From NCBI GenBank assembly GCA_004022145.1, contig RCNU01000008.1: a stretch of DNA of 64,000 nucleotides. One strand, written 5' to 3'. This DNA comes from Paecilomyces variotii. Its lineage: Eukaryota. This document shows, one piece after another, positions 48,051 to 61,321 of this stretch (its first letter is position 1; every line of letters begins with the position of its first letter). The notes below the pieces were generated by a model. That model saw only the letters and a program-made list of their open reading frames with translations, searched no databases and was not told the origin of the DNA. The translations under genes and the position numbers were made by a program.

Positions 48051-49173
48051 ATGTACCCGAGGGAAGTAATAATAATAAAGAAGGGGCTGTATCAGAAGTC
48101 ACAAACTAATAAGGGAAGTGAATATGAGCAAGATTCCCAGATTCCTTCAGATCGTAATCCTGCGTATGTATTATAGAAACGAAAACCCTGGATAGGATAA
48201 GATTGTTTTATGATTTTTCTTCTTTTTTTTTTTTTTTTGGCTTGCTCCGTATGGACCATTATTGGCGCGTGACCCGTGAGCATACGGGAGCCAAGATGCC
48301 CTTGGGCGTCCAGCTAGACTATCTAGAGTTCTAATCGACACGGCGATCAGACCGACCGCGCACACGGCCCTTTTCGTAAATTATGCAGTTCGCAGGATGG
48401 CGATCACCCGTCCCAAAGTCAAGCATGGATAGTTACACTCCGAGTACCGGCGCACAGGCAGGCTTGAGCGCCATAATTACACTAGACTAATCCCGAAGAA
48501 AAAGAAAATTTTTGCTCTAGAGTCCGTGCCCCGCGACATGAGAAGGAAGAGGAGAAAAAAAGTGTAGGAAGTATGTTTCTTTTGTTAAATTTTGGTTCTG
48601 TGTTAAATGTACAGCAGAATAATAATAATAAAAGCCATTTCCCGTCAGCTCCAGCAATTAATACGGTAACCTGTTCGCGTAATCTGTAATCTTCAAACTC
48701 TCTTGTAATAATAATTATGGTGGTAATAATAACAATCAGAAAACACAATTTCTAAACTTGAGCAAAGAAAAACAAGATCCACCACCTCAAGCAAGAGCAA
48801 TTCCATCCGCAGCGTGATGTAGGGGGGTATCAAAGGAGCGCCGTCAGGCCGAAATAAAGTAGCAATTCAATCGTAGCGAGGCATCGTCAAGGAGCGTCAG
48901 GATTTTATAATAGCCATATATGCATGAAAAAAAGTCGTATGCTCGTCCCATCGTTTACCCTCACAAGTCTCTCAGAGCTCGCGAGTTCCCGGTTGGAGGT
49001 GGACAAGGGAGGAGTCGAATTGAATCCTTTTTGGAGTGTGGGTGTCCCGTATTTATGTTTTGAATTTCCCATGACACTCCTATCCCCTGCGCGTATATAC
49101 TAGGGAGACCAGCCCGAACGCCCGATTTGTAAAAAGAAATCGATATGGCGAAGCGAATTGAAAATTAAGAAAT

Positions 49174-49410
49174 TCATCGCCCGGACAGGGTGAATTTCAT
49201 GCTGAGCCTCTTTAGTCGGGTGGGCGACTGGAATATCGACTCGTCGCGAACTATACTGCTCTTGCCCGACGATTGTGTGGAGGAGCGGGATCGGTGGACG
49301 CGGGCTTCGTGGTCCGCCAGGACGTCCTCGAGTCGGACGTCGAAGTCGGTCATCATGGGGTGATCCTCCTCTGGGTTGAGGATCTCGACAAATTTGGACC
49401 CTTCTGGCAT
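49174..49410 (-). CDS. Small uncharacterised protein, 78 aa
   Basis: Optimal fungal start context CCGCCAAAATG, ~420 nt ATG-free upstream, and a protein-like sequence (KFVEIL..MMTDFDVRLEDVL..RLKRLSMKF). Confidence 0.65.
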   Translation of the reverse strand: MPEGSKFVEILNPEEDHPMMTDFDVRLEDVLADHEARVHRSRSSTQSSGKSSIVRDESIFQSPTRLKRLSMKFTLSGR

Positions 49411-51989
49411 TTTGGCGGAGAAGGGACGAACTCTCGAGGTCGGTATAAGAGCTATGTAGTGGAAAGTTGTCTTTTGTTTCTCTGCACTGAGTCGGCAGAG
49501 ACTGTAACAACCTTGGAGTAACGCGGAGAAATGTAGTAGTAGAGTATAGATATTTCGGACGGAGCTATATAATGTAGTAATGTTCGAGAGTGCGGTAGAT
49601 ATGTGTAAGAAGGATAATTGAGCGCAGGATGTTGAGTACGGTGAGGAAGTATATAAGCCGACGAAGAGGTAGTTGCCTGTGGCTAATCCGTGGTTGCTTC
49701 TTGCGCGGCCTTCTGGATGTAGAGTAGGAGCAGTTGTAATGCGACCAGAGGGAATGACGGAGGGACACGAGCCTATTTTCTATATTAACGGTGTTGAGCC
49801 ACACGCACACACACACACCTCCTTATGGTCCCATGGATGATGGATCCCTCGTGGGCTATACTAGCAGCCCGTGGACGGCCCGCCAGGATGTTTAGTGCCG
49901 AACGGTCAGCATTATTATTTATTACTCCCGCACCTTCGAACTACGAGGCGCCACCAAACGTCCTCTAACGTCCCCCACATTATTCGTCTGTCTAACTCTG
50001 TTGGAGCGTTGGCAGCGAGTGTACGCCGTCCGAAAGACTACTAGTTCGCTTGACCTCCTGATCCCAAGTGATCCAGTAGTCTAGTTTAGACTGTGGGGTT
50101 CACATATGCGGGTCGATCTATCTACCATAACTTACCACTCCGTAGTCCGTACTCTACCATACTTTTTGCCCGCGGTTGGGAGGTCGTGGGAACGGCTGGG
50201 CGGGCTTGCGTATCCGGCTCCGACGCGAGGGGTGAGGGTGAGGGCGATGGCAAATATGGACACGCAAACCACCAGTGTATGGTAGTGTACGAGCGATGAG
50301 GGAAACGAGGACGATGAGCAGCTAGGTAGTTACTCACAGCCAGCTACCTAGCAGACAGATGACGGATCGGGACTGGTTCCTCGTCTTTCAGGTAGGCTAT
50401 CGCACTTCGAATACCGAACGAGGGGAATAATCCGATAATAATAATACCATAAGACAGCTTATGGTAACGACCACGGAGTATACAGAGAAGGTGGCGCGGG
50501 CCGCTCTGCAGTCACACGCAGTGTGCTGTGCTATGACGTTCGTCGGGCATGCTTGGGTCAATTATGGTAGTCTACCATATGGCACATCCCGCAACATTCC
50601 TGCGGCGGCAAAAAATAGAAAAGGAAAAGGAATAGGAATAACAAAACAGAAAAAGACAAGAAAAGAAAAGAAAAGAAAAAAGTGGCCAGGAAAGCAGGCT
50701 GGCAGCTCCGAAACTATTCTTGGAGCCGTGGGTAGTAACTAATTTAGGTAACCTCTTCTTTCCACGACGTCTCGAGAACCGCATTGACGAACCGATGATC
50801 TGCTTCATCCCTGTTAGAGTCAAGGATCTCTCGCGGTGAGAGCTGTTTCAGCCTCTGACGTGAGAGTCAGTTAGGATCTTGCCTTGGGATGCGATACCCG
50901 TCTGTTACTATGTATTCTTCTTCTTTTAGCTGGTTCATTCGCCCCGAGGCAGCAAACCCTATGGACCAGGATGCCTGTTCCCTCCTGCAGATGTCATCGT
51001 TAACCGGTGAGTTCCTATGGAGTATAGTATTCTTGGTGTCGCGAATCCTGCCCCGTTGATTTGCTCTAGATACCATAGAATCATCTCCATAGTTGTACGC
51101 AATGGTTCTCCCGGCATGATTGCCTTCAGTGACGAAGCCCTGCACAGCCCGCATGGTGACTCTTCGCCTCGGGCACAACATGGAGCTCCGAGTCTCAAGA
51201 ACCCTACCGCGGAGCATTTGATCTCATCATGCCCACAAAAGCTTGATCAGACTCTCCGCTCCAGATGATAATCTAGTCCAATCAAGCTATAGAGTATGGA
51301 GTAACAAGAATTAATAATAATGGTCACCCTCCTCCTTCATGATAATAGCTTATTAGATTGATGGCGCGTCGCCGTCCTATGTGTTGCCAAATCCGGATAT
51401 CTCTTGGCAGGATATCTTATCTATCATAGAGTATATACCTATTTGTGTTTTTGCACCGCGTGGTCCACATTGTGAGGTCATTGCTAGATGTGTTCGAGAA
51501 ACGAGAACTACTTTGGGGGGGAAGATATATTTAGTCGTGGCAATAACCATTAATTGGCCTAATGCTCGAAGCTAACCATATTTTAGGCGCTGCGTATAAC
51601 TGTTCATGCCTAATTGGTCTTCTTGGGGGTATAGCATGCAGCTACATCAGGAAGCTGGTAGCTAGATCGCACGAGATGAATCGCTGGCCCAGTAGGGTAA
51701 AGAAAGATATCAGCCGACAAGGACTAAAAGAAATTTCCCTTCTTGGTCCTGTCATCGCTCGCATATATCCCAGGGGTCTTTTTTCGCTGGGCAATGCACG
51801 TCGCAGCGTTTCATTTCCCCCCCAAATCATCCAAAAACGTCATCTGTCGGATCATGAGCCGCTGAAACCTGCCGTGTCCTCCTGTGATATGTCCGTAGCT
51901 GCGTGAATTCTCCGTGATCTTCTTTTTTCCCTCTTCCTTTCCCACTTCGAAGATCACAGATGTCGGGTGTCCGGCTCGACGGTGCGTCT

Positions 51990-52629
51990 CTATTTCAAAC
52001 CCAGATCTGTCATCTCCACGCCATCCGCACTGGCCATCCAGAGGATGTTGTTGCATCTAAAAATAACTAGATCAGCGAGATTCTTTTCCGAGATCAAGGA
52101 AACGATAAAGAGAAGGATGCGTCCGTGTCGATCTATGCTCCGACGACTGCAGCATACGGTGCAGACGGTATAATAGCACAATGGGGACCAGAAACACACC
52201 TAATAAGGACAAGACCGAGGCTTCCAGTGTTCTTGCCGTCAATGAATTCCTCCGTATCCCTCAGAAGCACGTTCATGTAGGAGTCGATGCTCTCCAGCTT
52301 GCCCTTGTACTCTGTCTGACCCCACTTGAGGCGGATAATGAGCTCAGTCCCAACTCTGTAAACATAAAATGTCAGAAATAATCCATCAAAAAAGACCTGC
52401 GACGAGAGCGATGAAGCGATTGCTCCACTCCTGCTGCCGGTAGGAGGGATCACGGCGTGTGCTCGTCAAGGAGATGTAGGTACGTACCGGGCCTGGAGGA
52501 AAGGCCGAGGGTTCACGGGTTGGAACTATGAAGAACGCACGTTAGCCATCCATTCAGACACAGCAGATACTGCTGCAGCATTCAGCATGGAAGACATAGA
52601 GTCGAGGTAGGGCTGTAACTAACACTCAT
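51990..52629 (-). CDS. smx3: Spliceosomal Sm core protein SmF, 3 introns
   Basis: MS|FQPVNPRPFLQAR|VGTELIIRLKWGQTEYKGKLESIDSYMNVLL..TEEFIDG...LGLVLIR|CNNILW. Confidence 0.95.
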
Positions 52630-53206
52630 CGTGTCGCGCTTCTCTTGACTGGATCCCCACCGGAAAATCTGGACACGCAGGCTTCTTTAACAGATGCCGA
52701 TGATGTGCTGAGGGCCAGCTGCACAGAAGATCGCTGCTGATGGTTTCGAATCAGACGTCCCGGTCGAAGTTGAAGCTGGCTGGGAACTCTGGGGAAAGCC
52801 GCGATGTCGGATTGCGCGAAAATGTGATGATGCTGGCCCAGGCTCGACATCCGTCTGTTGATTGTAGCCAATCAGGAACGACCAACAATTCATGCCTGAG
52901 GTATCAACATGATGCCGCAAACCCTTGAAAAAGCAATAGCTGCAACTTCCAAATATATACTACTTGCTATTCGAAATCTGATCTGTTTTAAACAGTCCAA
53001 AGCTGATACGATACAGTAGACATAAAAATGAGACCTCCTACAAGTTTCTAATCGTAAGAATGGGAAAACATACGGTTCCGAGCTCTCCCTTCCATTAGAC
53101 TAACGAGCAGAATACGTTTCCATGAACAAGAGCATGGACGATACATAAGCAGAGAAGGCAAGAAAGTTAAGAAAAGAAATTTTAGACTGGTTCATTTTTT
53201 ACTCTT

Positions 53207-54268
53207 TCAGGACCGGCTGATGTTCCAGGTAATATCCTTGATACTGACCTCTTCCCCCGCCTTCTCATCGTAATCGTACCATTCTCCTTCCGAGAGGTCG
53301 ATGCTAGAAAAAGGCGTCGAGGACTCGATTCCTTTTGCCTCCCACTCTCCCTGTAGCGATTGATTATTTAGCATTCATAAGCACTCAACCTTCCTGATGG
53401 GAAAGCATATTTCTGAAGGGGCAGGGGATCTATCTTGTCTTACGTCAGGTTTGAATTCGGTGAATTCTAGACCACGGCAGTCGATATCGATGATCTTCTG
53501 GCCAGACTTCTTTTCGACATCATAGGAATTAGGGCCTGCAGTCACGGATGCAGAGTGGGTTTTCTGAGCATGCAAAAGAAACTAACGGTCAGCATGGGAG
53601 TGAATATGTAACATCGCACAGAAGAATGGGATTTGATGATCTCTGAGAAGCGGAATCATCGTTCAGAGAACATAACAAGAATAGAATAGATAAAACCCCT
53701 TCAACATAGGGTATCATGCAATGGCAGATTCTTAGAGTATCGATTAAAGAAGCCACCAAGGGGCAACAGACCTTGCAAAGCTTGCATGTCCACACGAAAT
53801 TTGCGTTGCCACGGCTGCCCGGGATCTCATGCTCCTCCTAGATAGACACGAGGAAGTTAGAAAAACATCAATTATATGAAGTGGATGCCCCGGCTTGGAG
53901 GCAAAAAGGGGCAGAAAGCTGCGTGGTTAAATGACTGTGGAGGGCCTGGAGGCTCAAAAGGTACTCACAAAGCGGTTGAAGCTGACCCAGTTAGGATGGG
54001 TCTCCCGACAAGAAGTGCATTGCACCTTAAATGTATAAAAATAAGGGTTCTCCTGCGTGTCACTGGGACGGAGATCCGTCACGCTATCCAAATATCCCGC
54101 TGTTAGGCTATGTCATATATTTTCAACGTTGCCGGTGTCGCGATGCGGGGAGAACAGAAAGATGTAGAACTAATGGATATGCCCCCGCTCCTTGCAGGAA
54201 AAAATGATAGACCAACTTCAGACTTCGACTTACCCAGATAGCTCTGCCGAAAGTGTAAGAGACAGCAT
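53207..54268 (-). CDS. UPF0587/DUF866 CxxC zinc-binding protein (C1orf123-like), 4 introns
   Basis: MLSLTLSAELSG|VTDLRP..YTFKVQCTSCRETH..|GSRGNANFVWTCKLCK|..DCRGLEFTEFKPD|GEW...GEWYDYDEKAGEEVSI. Confidence 0.92.
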
Positions 54269-54629
54269 TCTTACTGAGGCTGGATGTGATGGCTATGCTA
54301 TTGGCGGTTGCTGGCAGCTGCGTACCACCGGGTTGATGAGAGCACTCTGACAAAGTGATGTGGGGAGTGGTACGGAACAGCACCGAAAGCCGTCGATATC
54401 TGCCGCGCTTCAGGTTATCTACAACTCCCATATTTAAAGTGGCCTCTGGACCGAACAGGTACTCTACACAAAATTGGATAACTATTTCTAAAACGCTGAG
54501 AAATCGAAAATTCGCTAAATACAAGTGTCTTGGAATCTTGACAGTATGGCAATCAACCGTCTACGCAAACAGACGCTCTCCTAGCTCCTCATACACACGC
54601 GCTTTCTGAAATACATATCGCTTATAACA

Positions 54630-56638
54630 TTACAGATGGCTCAGCTGTGGGTTGAGTCCTAGTGGCTTTGTCGAGAACGAGCCGAAATATTCGTTCAGTG
54701 CGTCCACCGTTCCGCTTCCTTCCACTAGCTGCACTGTGCAAGCAACATGACTGTCGGGACGGGTGACAACTACACCTCCCTTAGCTGGGTCGAATCCAAG
54801 CTTCTCGTGAGCCGCGAAGGTAGCCTGTGGTACACGGACGTCCGGAAGGTCGTCAGCGTAGATGTGGTGGTGATAGGCCTTGAGGAAGTTGGGGAGATTT
54901 GGCAGGTCGACACCGTTCTTGTCGGATGCATAAACGACAGATATAGTGAAAAGTTTGGAATGGGGGTTATGACGCTCGAAGTGCGAGACACTGGCAATAT
55001 CAGGTCTTCGATAAACCGACAAGAATGACCGTTCCTTCTCAAGGTTTGCTGCAAAATCGGCGAGTGCCTGCTTGGTCTTCGCGGGAATTCCCGCAAAGAC
55101 GAATATGCGGAATGCACCATTAGCAGGAACTTCCTGCTCCAAGTTTACAAAATTTGCATCCGAGAGCCTTGTCACTTTGGAAGGAGTGAAAGCACGTCCA
55201 ACACGCAGCTTCACCCCGGGGATGTTGAACAGTGGCGACTTCGCCGGATGGCTTGGGGACCAGTTAAAGATATTGGCGTCATATGATATACCATAGCCAC
55301 TGGTGAACTCGCAGGATGACTTGAATGTCTTCACGAACTCGTCTTCCTCTCCAACAGGAGCGACATGGGAATCGGCCGAGCCCACTTCACCTGCGGATGG
55401 AGGACGCTTTGAAAACAGCGCTGCGTACTTGTTATCAAAGTCGAGCAAGTTCTCGGCAATCTGTTTACGCTCGAGCTCATATGTGCTCAGGATGGACCGG
55501 TCGGCCAAACCAGACTCCACAACATGAATCTTCCACGCCATGTTGAGAGCATCGTGGAATGCAGTATTCATACCTTGACCTGCTTTGGGCTAACGAGATA
55601 TTTTAGCATGAATCTTCAGAAGGCAGAAACGGTAAATGCTTACGCTGTGGGTGTGGCAGGCATCTCCGCCCATGAAGACACGGTTGTCTAGCGTATACCT
55701 CTCTGCGATTCCCTGTCCAATAGGATATACTGAGTACCACTCTACACGATCCCATTCAAGGTAATAAGGGCGAAGAATCTTCTTTGCGGCAGCTTGCACT
55801 TCCTCAACCGTGGCCGTTTTCCTGGGGTTAAAGTCCGGGTCTGTCGAAGAAGCAATCTGGACATAGAGTCGCACCATATTCTCTTCACGGGGGATAACCA
55901 TGATGGAACCGCTATCCGAGTGGATGGTGCATTTTGTCTAAGGAGCTTATTAGAACAAGATTTACCTAATCGCGTTTTCTGACATACCTTGATATCGGGG
56001 AAATCTGTCCGGACCACCCCGTCCATAACACCCCACACGTGGGAGATCGGATCCTTGTGGCGTATCTGAATTCCAAGCTTTTCACGAACGAAACTCCGGG
56101 CTCCTTCTCCGCTGAAGAGGTACTTTGTCCGGATAGTCTCAATGACGTTTGTGTCGAGATTCTTGAGATCCACTTCGACAGGATATGCCTCGTCCTTGCC
56201 ATCATTGTCGAAGCGAATAATGGTCCAAGGACGCTGGACGGTGGTTCCAGCTTTTTCGATCTCGGCCAAGAACATCCTTTCGATTTTGCCCTGGTGGATA
56301 AGGGCGGTAAACGGATATCTCGTGTCAATGAATCGCGGGCAGCTGGGCCAGGTTCCGGTGCGGTGGATGCCTTTACCAGCAGGGAGAGGGTCCCAGAATG
56401 CGACATCATAGACCTTTGCCGGCTCATATGCCATCAACTGACGTTTTAAGCCCAGGTTTCGCAGGATCTCAATGGAACGGGGCTGAATGCCATCTGCGCG
56501 ACCCGTAGTGGTAGGTACGGGGCGGTTATCGATGTGCTTGACTTTGTAACCCCATCTAGACAGACACAGTGAGAGAAGGAGCCCTACAGGGCCCGCGCCC
56601 ACAATGACGATGTCATATTGGTCTTTGGGACCGGTCAT
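54630..56638 (-). CDS. FAD-dependent phenol 2-monooxygenase-like enzyme, 2 introns
   Basis: [50 protein letters not shown], and a C-terminal thioredoxin-like domain (VVTRPDSHV). Confidence 0.93.
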
Positions 56639-58799
56639 ATCTATGGATGACACTTGGAAGCAAGAAAACGGGGGAGAGAGAAACTAAGGCCAACCACACT
56701 ATTGGGATTCTAAGAAAGGAGAACTATAATCGCATTAAGGATCGCAGTATCAGGTAGGGTAATATATGAAGGCCGTGAAGGGAAAAGAAGACATTTCGTG
56801 CAGTATTGTCATCTTTAATATACGACAGCTCCTCATGGCTAGCTGGACCGAAAAGGTGGGAAACAACAGAACGGAGAGCTATAACGGCATTCATTGACCC
56901 CACCGCGTATCAAGCTCAACGAATCCTTGATTATGCCATGAGCCCAGGCAAAAAGAATCTCGCTCTTTTGCGGGGGTTGAGAATGCCGTGGTTCATTCCG
57001 AGCCTTGTTGATGCTCACATCAGCGCAGGATCCCCACATGCGGATAGAAAGTCGGCAAGTGGAGTGCTGCACGTGATTTGTCCGGGGTAAACCATGTATG
57101 TGCAACCTCGCCGAGTCTCCTCCCCGAACTCTTCGACAGACTTACTTCTTCTCTGCCGCCAACTCTGTCTTCTAGATCGGTTGATCGGCTGGTATTGTCG
57201 GCTGACTGGGGTTCGCTGCGTCTATGGCCTCTTAAGAGATGTGCCGTTTCTGTTCCCGGATAGACCCGGCCTAGTTGATTTGCGAAGTGCATACCTAGGT
57301 AATGGATGAACAGGGACTGCGATCAACAATGGCGCATATCGCACGTCACTTGTGGAGACTAAAACATATGGGCTATCTTATATAGAGACTCGGTTTGCCG
57401 GTGAACTCGGTACCTGCTACACTTGCCGTAGCTACTTAACCTGTCATGCTGATGTCTAGCTGATATCTAATACTGCACATTTCGATCTCCTTTCCAGTAG
57501 CAACAATATCTGTATAATTGTATGTATAAGGAGTTAAAAAACCTGAAACAGGAAGTCCGTTTACATGTATAGTATCACCAACAAAATGCTAGCCAACGAG
57601 TGAAGACATTGAGTTTTCTTCGGATCTATCAATACAGGACTGGGTGGCCCTGTTCACTGGCTTTTTTGTAAGATCGGATGCGCAGGAAGTTGATAGAGTA
57701 TCTGGGACCAGCCAAACGCTCAACACGACAATGGAAAATGTCTATATCAGATATGAATAGTGTATTGTAGTAGCGCCATCCTTTTAGACCCACAGTGCCA
57801 TTTTTTCATTCATAGATTCCAGACTGGGGGTATCTGTATCGAGTCGTATTAGTACTCCAATATGTGTAACCAGAAACTACAGCTGGACTTATCCCCTTAG
57901 GATCTGCGCTCTAGTACTGATTTGCTGAAAAACAACCTGAGCCTTCCTCAGTTCTTGCAGAATACCATCAACCAATAGAGTGACGATACTATACTGGAAA
58001 ATTTGACGCCTCGCAAATACCTACAAGAAGCTAAGCGCAGATAATGAGATGACAAAATGGACTACTTTATGCATTAGTTTTTGTAAACACTTCAAGTGTG
58101 ACGTCGCCTAGTACTGTTGGCAAGTTTAGTAAGCTTATGTCGAAGCTTATATGAGCAGAACTTAAAGGATCGCATTACAAGTCGTGTGAGTTGCTGATCG
58201 GGCCTTTCTGACATCTTAGCCTTAATCATATATCGAGGATGAGGGATTATACTCATGGAAGAAAAGAGATACTTCGTGAAAGGTAAGCATAATCATGCTG
58301 ACATTGACAGTAGACAATAAGATAAAGGTGTTATCTGCTCAATAGTAGCCCCCAATTGTTGGGTTTTCGGTATTATATGACAGTGAATAACGCTTTGCCT
58401 GCAGTGGCCGCTCCTACGAGCGCTGTGAATATTTTTTTGACCACTTGATTCGCCTCAATAGATTCCAGAGCATTGTAGTAGGCTATTTGTCCCAAAAGAT
58501 GGCGATATAAATTCTGATCTCGTACATAACTACATGCGCCACTGTTCAACTCCCCAAAACAGTATCATTTTATTTCTTAATAGGAGAAGCAGTAACACTA
58601 GTTCAAGTTAGAAGCCATCCTACTACTCGCCTCTGAATCCTCGTGAGGTTGGCAAGCAAAAAGAGATAGTTACCCTGGAGCGCGCCCGTAACCAGGTCCA
58701 CCCAAAACATACCCTCACTGGTCTTGCGAGCGCGTGTTAGTCCATTTTATATTGTCCTATTCTATTGATATTTCATTCACTGCCCCCATTCTCAATACA

Positions 58800-60412
58800 A
58801 TGGCTATTTCGCCTAATAGGCCCCAACCTTGCTATTGTCATGAATTGCAAAACCCACCCATTCGCTCAGGGAGTAGACCATCTCCCCTTGAAAACAACAA
58901 TAAGAAGGACTCTTTAACTTCCCACAAGCACTCCCTATCCTCTTCCTCTTCGAACAAGACACAATCCTTTCAGACATCTTCGTCTGCCAGCACGAAAGAG
59001 ACCTTTCGAAACCTCACCAGGGAGATCCTGAATTCAGAACTGTTCCTACGATCTGATAGCAAGATTGTCCAGTCTGAAGAAGCCGAACCAGTCAAGTTCA
59101 ATCCAATGAGTGTAACAAGCTTAGAAACAAGCTTAGAGGTTCCTATCATTCTCAGCGAGGAGTACGTGTTTGTTAATCTTGTTTACATTGACGATCCGAG
59201 ACTGACTGGAGAATAGGCAAACCTCTTATACGAACATGGCCGACGGAAATCCGTTCTACGGCGAGCATCAATATCTCTGGAATATGTCTCCTGAGATGGA
59301 GATGCAGCAATCGTCTCCAAGCCAGTCGCCTTCTCCCAAGACATCCTCATACCAGTCGGAAAGCGTTATGCCACTCTTTTCCGGAAGGCACATACCGCAC
59401 TCGGTATCCGAGAAATACATTGTTGATCGCCCTCAACCACTTCGTGTCCGCTTCAAGAATCCAGACTATGCTACTCCATCCTACGGACGGGGAGAGAAAA
59501 GCCCCATCCGCGAATATGAGGTCCCTGTTCGTGGACGCTCTCGAGAGAGATTCAATGATGACTACGATGACATTGATTTCGATCTTGACAGCCCTCCGAG
59601 ACGCTCGAGGTCTCCTCACAAGAAACTCTTCGGAGAAAATGGATGGCTCGGGCGCAGTGCCAGTATGAAGGACAACGAAAAATATCGGAAGACCCCTTTC
59701 AAAAGCTTGGGAGAGAAGATCAAGCAGCATGTGGAAGGACTTGTAAGTTCTATATGATATGGCGCATGAGGACTAGTCACTAATTTATATCTAGGCTGGA
59801 GACGTTGCCAAAGCCTACACAACTCAGTTCAGTCATCCAAAGATTGTTACAGATGGCCGCTTGCCGATTTCTCTGGACCCTCCTACTCAAGCCAAGCTGT
59901 ATTCTGAAATAGAGGCCATGATCTGCGTGAGCGCCAATAAGTTCCTTCTTCAACAGTACAAAGAAGGACGTCTGTCGGTAGAGTCTATCAACAAGGCCAC
60001 CAACTTCTGGGCCTCGAAGAATAGACCTCAAGTCCCCGAGTTTCAGTTCGATCAAGCTACCCAACGCGACCTGGTCCTCCACAATATCCGCACACTGGAC
60101 TTCAACGGGGAGTATTCCACCAACCCCGTCGCTTTGAACTCAACTCTGCACAATTGGAAGGCTGTGGCTAAGGAAATGAGCGTTCGTACTTTCTGCAACC
60201 GTGACAGCGTGATTCGCAAACATATGCACGACACTTACAAAATCCTGGAAATGCTTGGAGCGCCTCTTGCAACCTTCCTTGCTTTCCAAGAGCTTCAGAT
60301 GAAAGCTTTAGCAATGATGAAGGAACATACTAAAAAGACGTATCATCCTCGCAACTCCAACGGACACAGCCGCTCTTCGTCGGAGAAGCACAGCTCCAAC
60401 AACTCCTACTAA
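58800..60412 (+). CDS. Uncharacterised fungal protein, probably 2 introns (~59163-59216, ~59743-59794)
   Basis: KLFGENGWLG, PISLDPPTQAKLYSEIE..SANKFL..WASKNRPQVPEFQFDQATQRDL, EMSVRTFC..DSVIRKH; splice-consensus junctions. The first exon is less certain. Confidence 0.75.
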
Positions 60413-61321
60413 AGGAGAAACGGACACGGGAGAAGTTCTACGGTTCTAGGTAGCTTCGAGATTTTTATGGTTGGGCGGACTTCTTTAGGCGTCATTTCGG
60501 ATACGGTTATTACTTTCTACTACTCTTTCTACTCATTCTACATGTTTCCTCTGCACTTTTCCTTGTTTGTTCATGTATTCTAGCCACCCCGACATGTTTC
60601 CATTGGTGGATGATGACTTTACGATCGCCACGATTTTTCTGTTTCCGGCGCAATATTCCCACCTCATGCGGAGATTGAATGTGACTATTAGTTGAATAAT
60701 CCAGGCTATTTTCGGAAATTCATGAGCTCTAGGTACTTATGAGCAAGCAGCTCCAGGAGATTCTAGGGTCGCTCAGCAGTAGCTACAGAGCAGGCTAGAT
60801 TCTGTACTCATTTTGACGGAGCTGAAATGCCTACAACTTTTAGCCACAATACTATTCACATATGTTCTCTATAGAAGAAGAGATCGGTAGATATCAGACA
60901 GTAATATGAAGGAAGTTGTTGTGCTGGACCAACCAAGAGCGAGCGATCTACGCACGTGGTGCGACGTCATAGCTTTCCCAAACACGCGCAACGATTCCGA
61001 TCGAAGGGAGCTTCGCCAACCATCAACTTCGCGTCGGCTGAGCGTCTGTTGCGCTGGTGCTCAGAGTCTGTGGAGTGCGATTTGTTCCTAAGCCGCTTTA
61101 TGGTCATTGCTTTCTGAGAGATACCCAACAAGCGTTCTTGCTTTCGATTTCGCGGTGCTTGTTTTCTATCGCTGACCGCACCTGGCGTCCTTGGCGCACC
61201 TGAAGGCTGTCTGCTCTTGTGTCCTCACTTATCCTTCGAATATGGATCCTCGTAATATCTAAATATACGTGGATAAGATAAGTTTCTGTGCGGTTACCGG
61301 TGGCCTACCTCCAGTGTTGAT

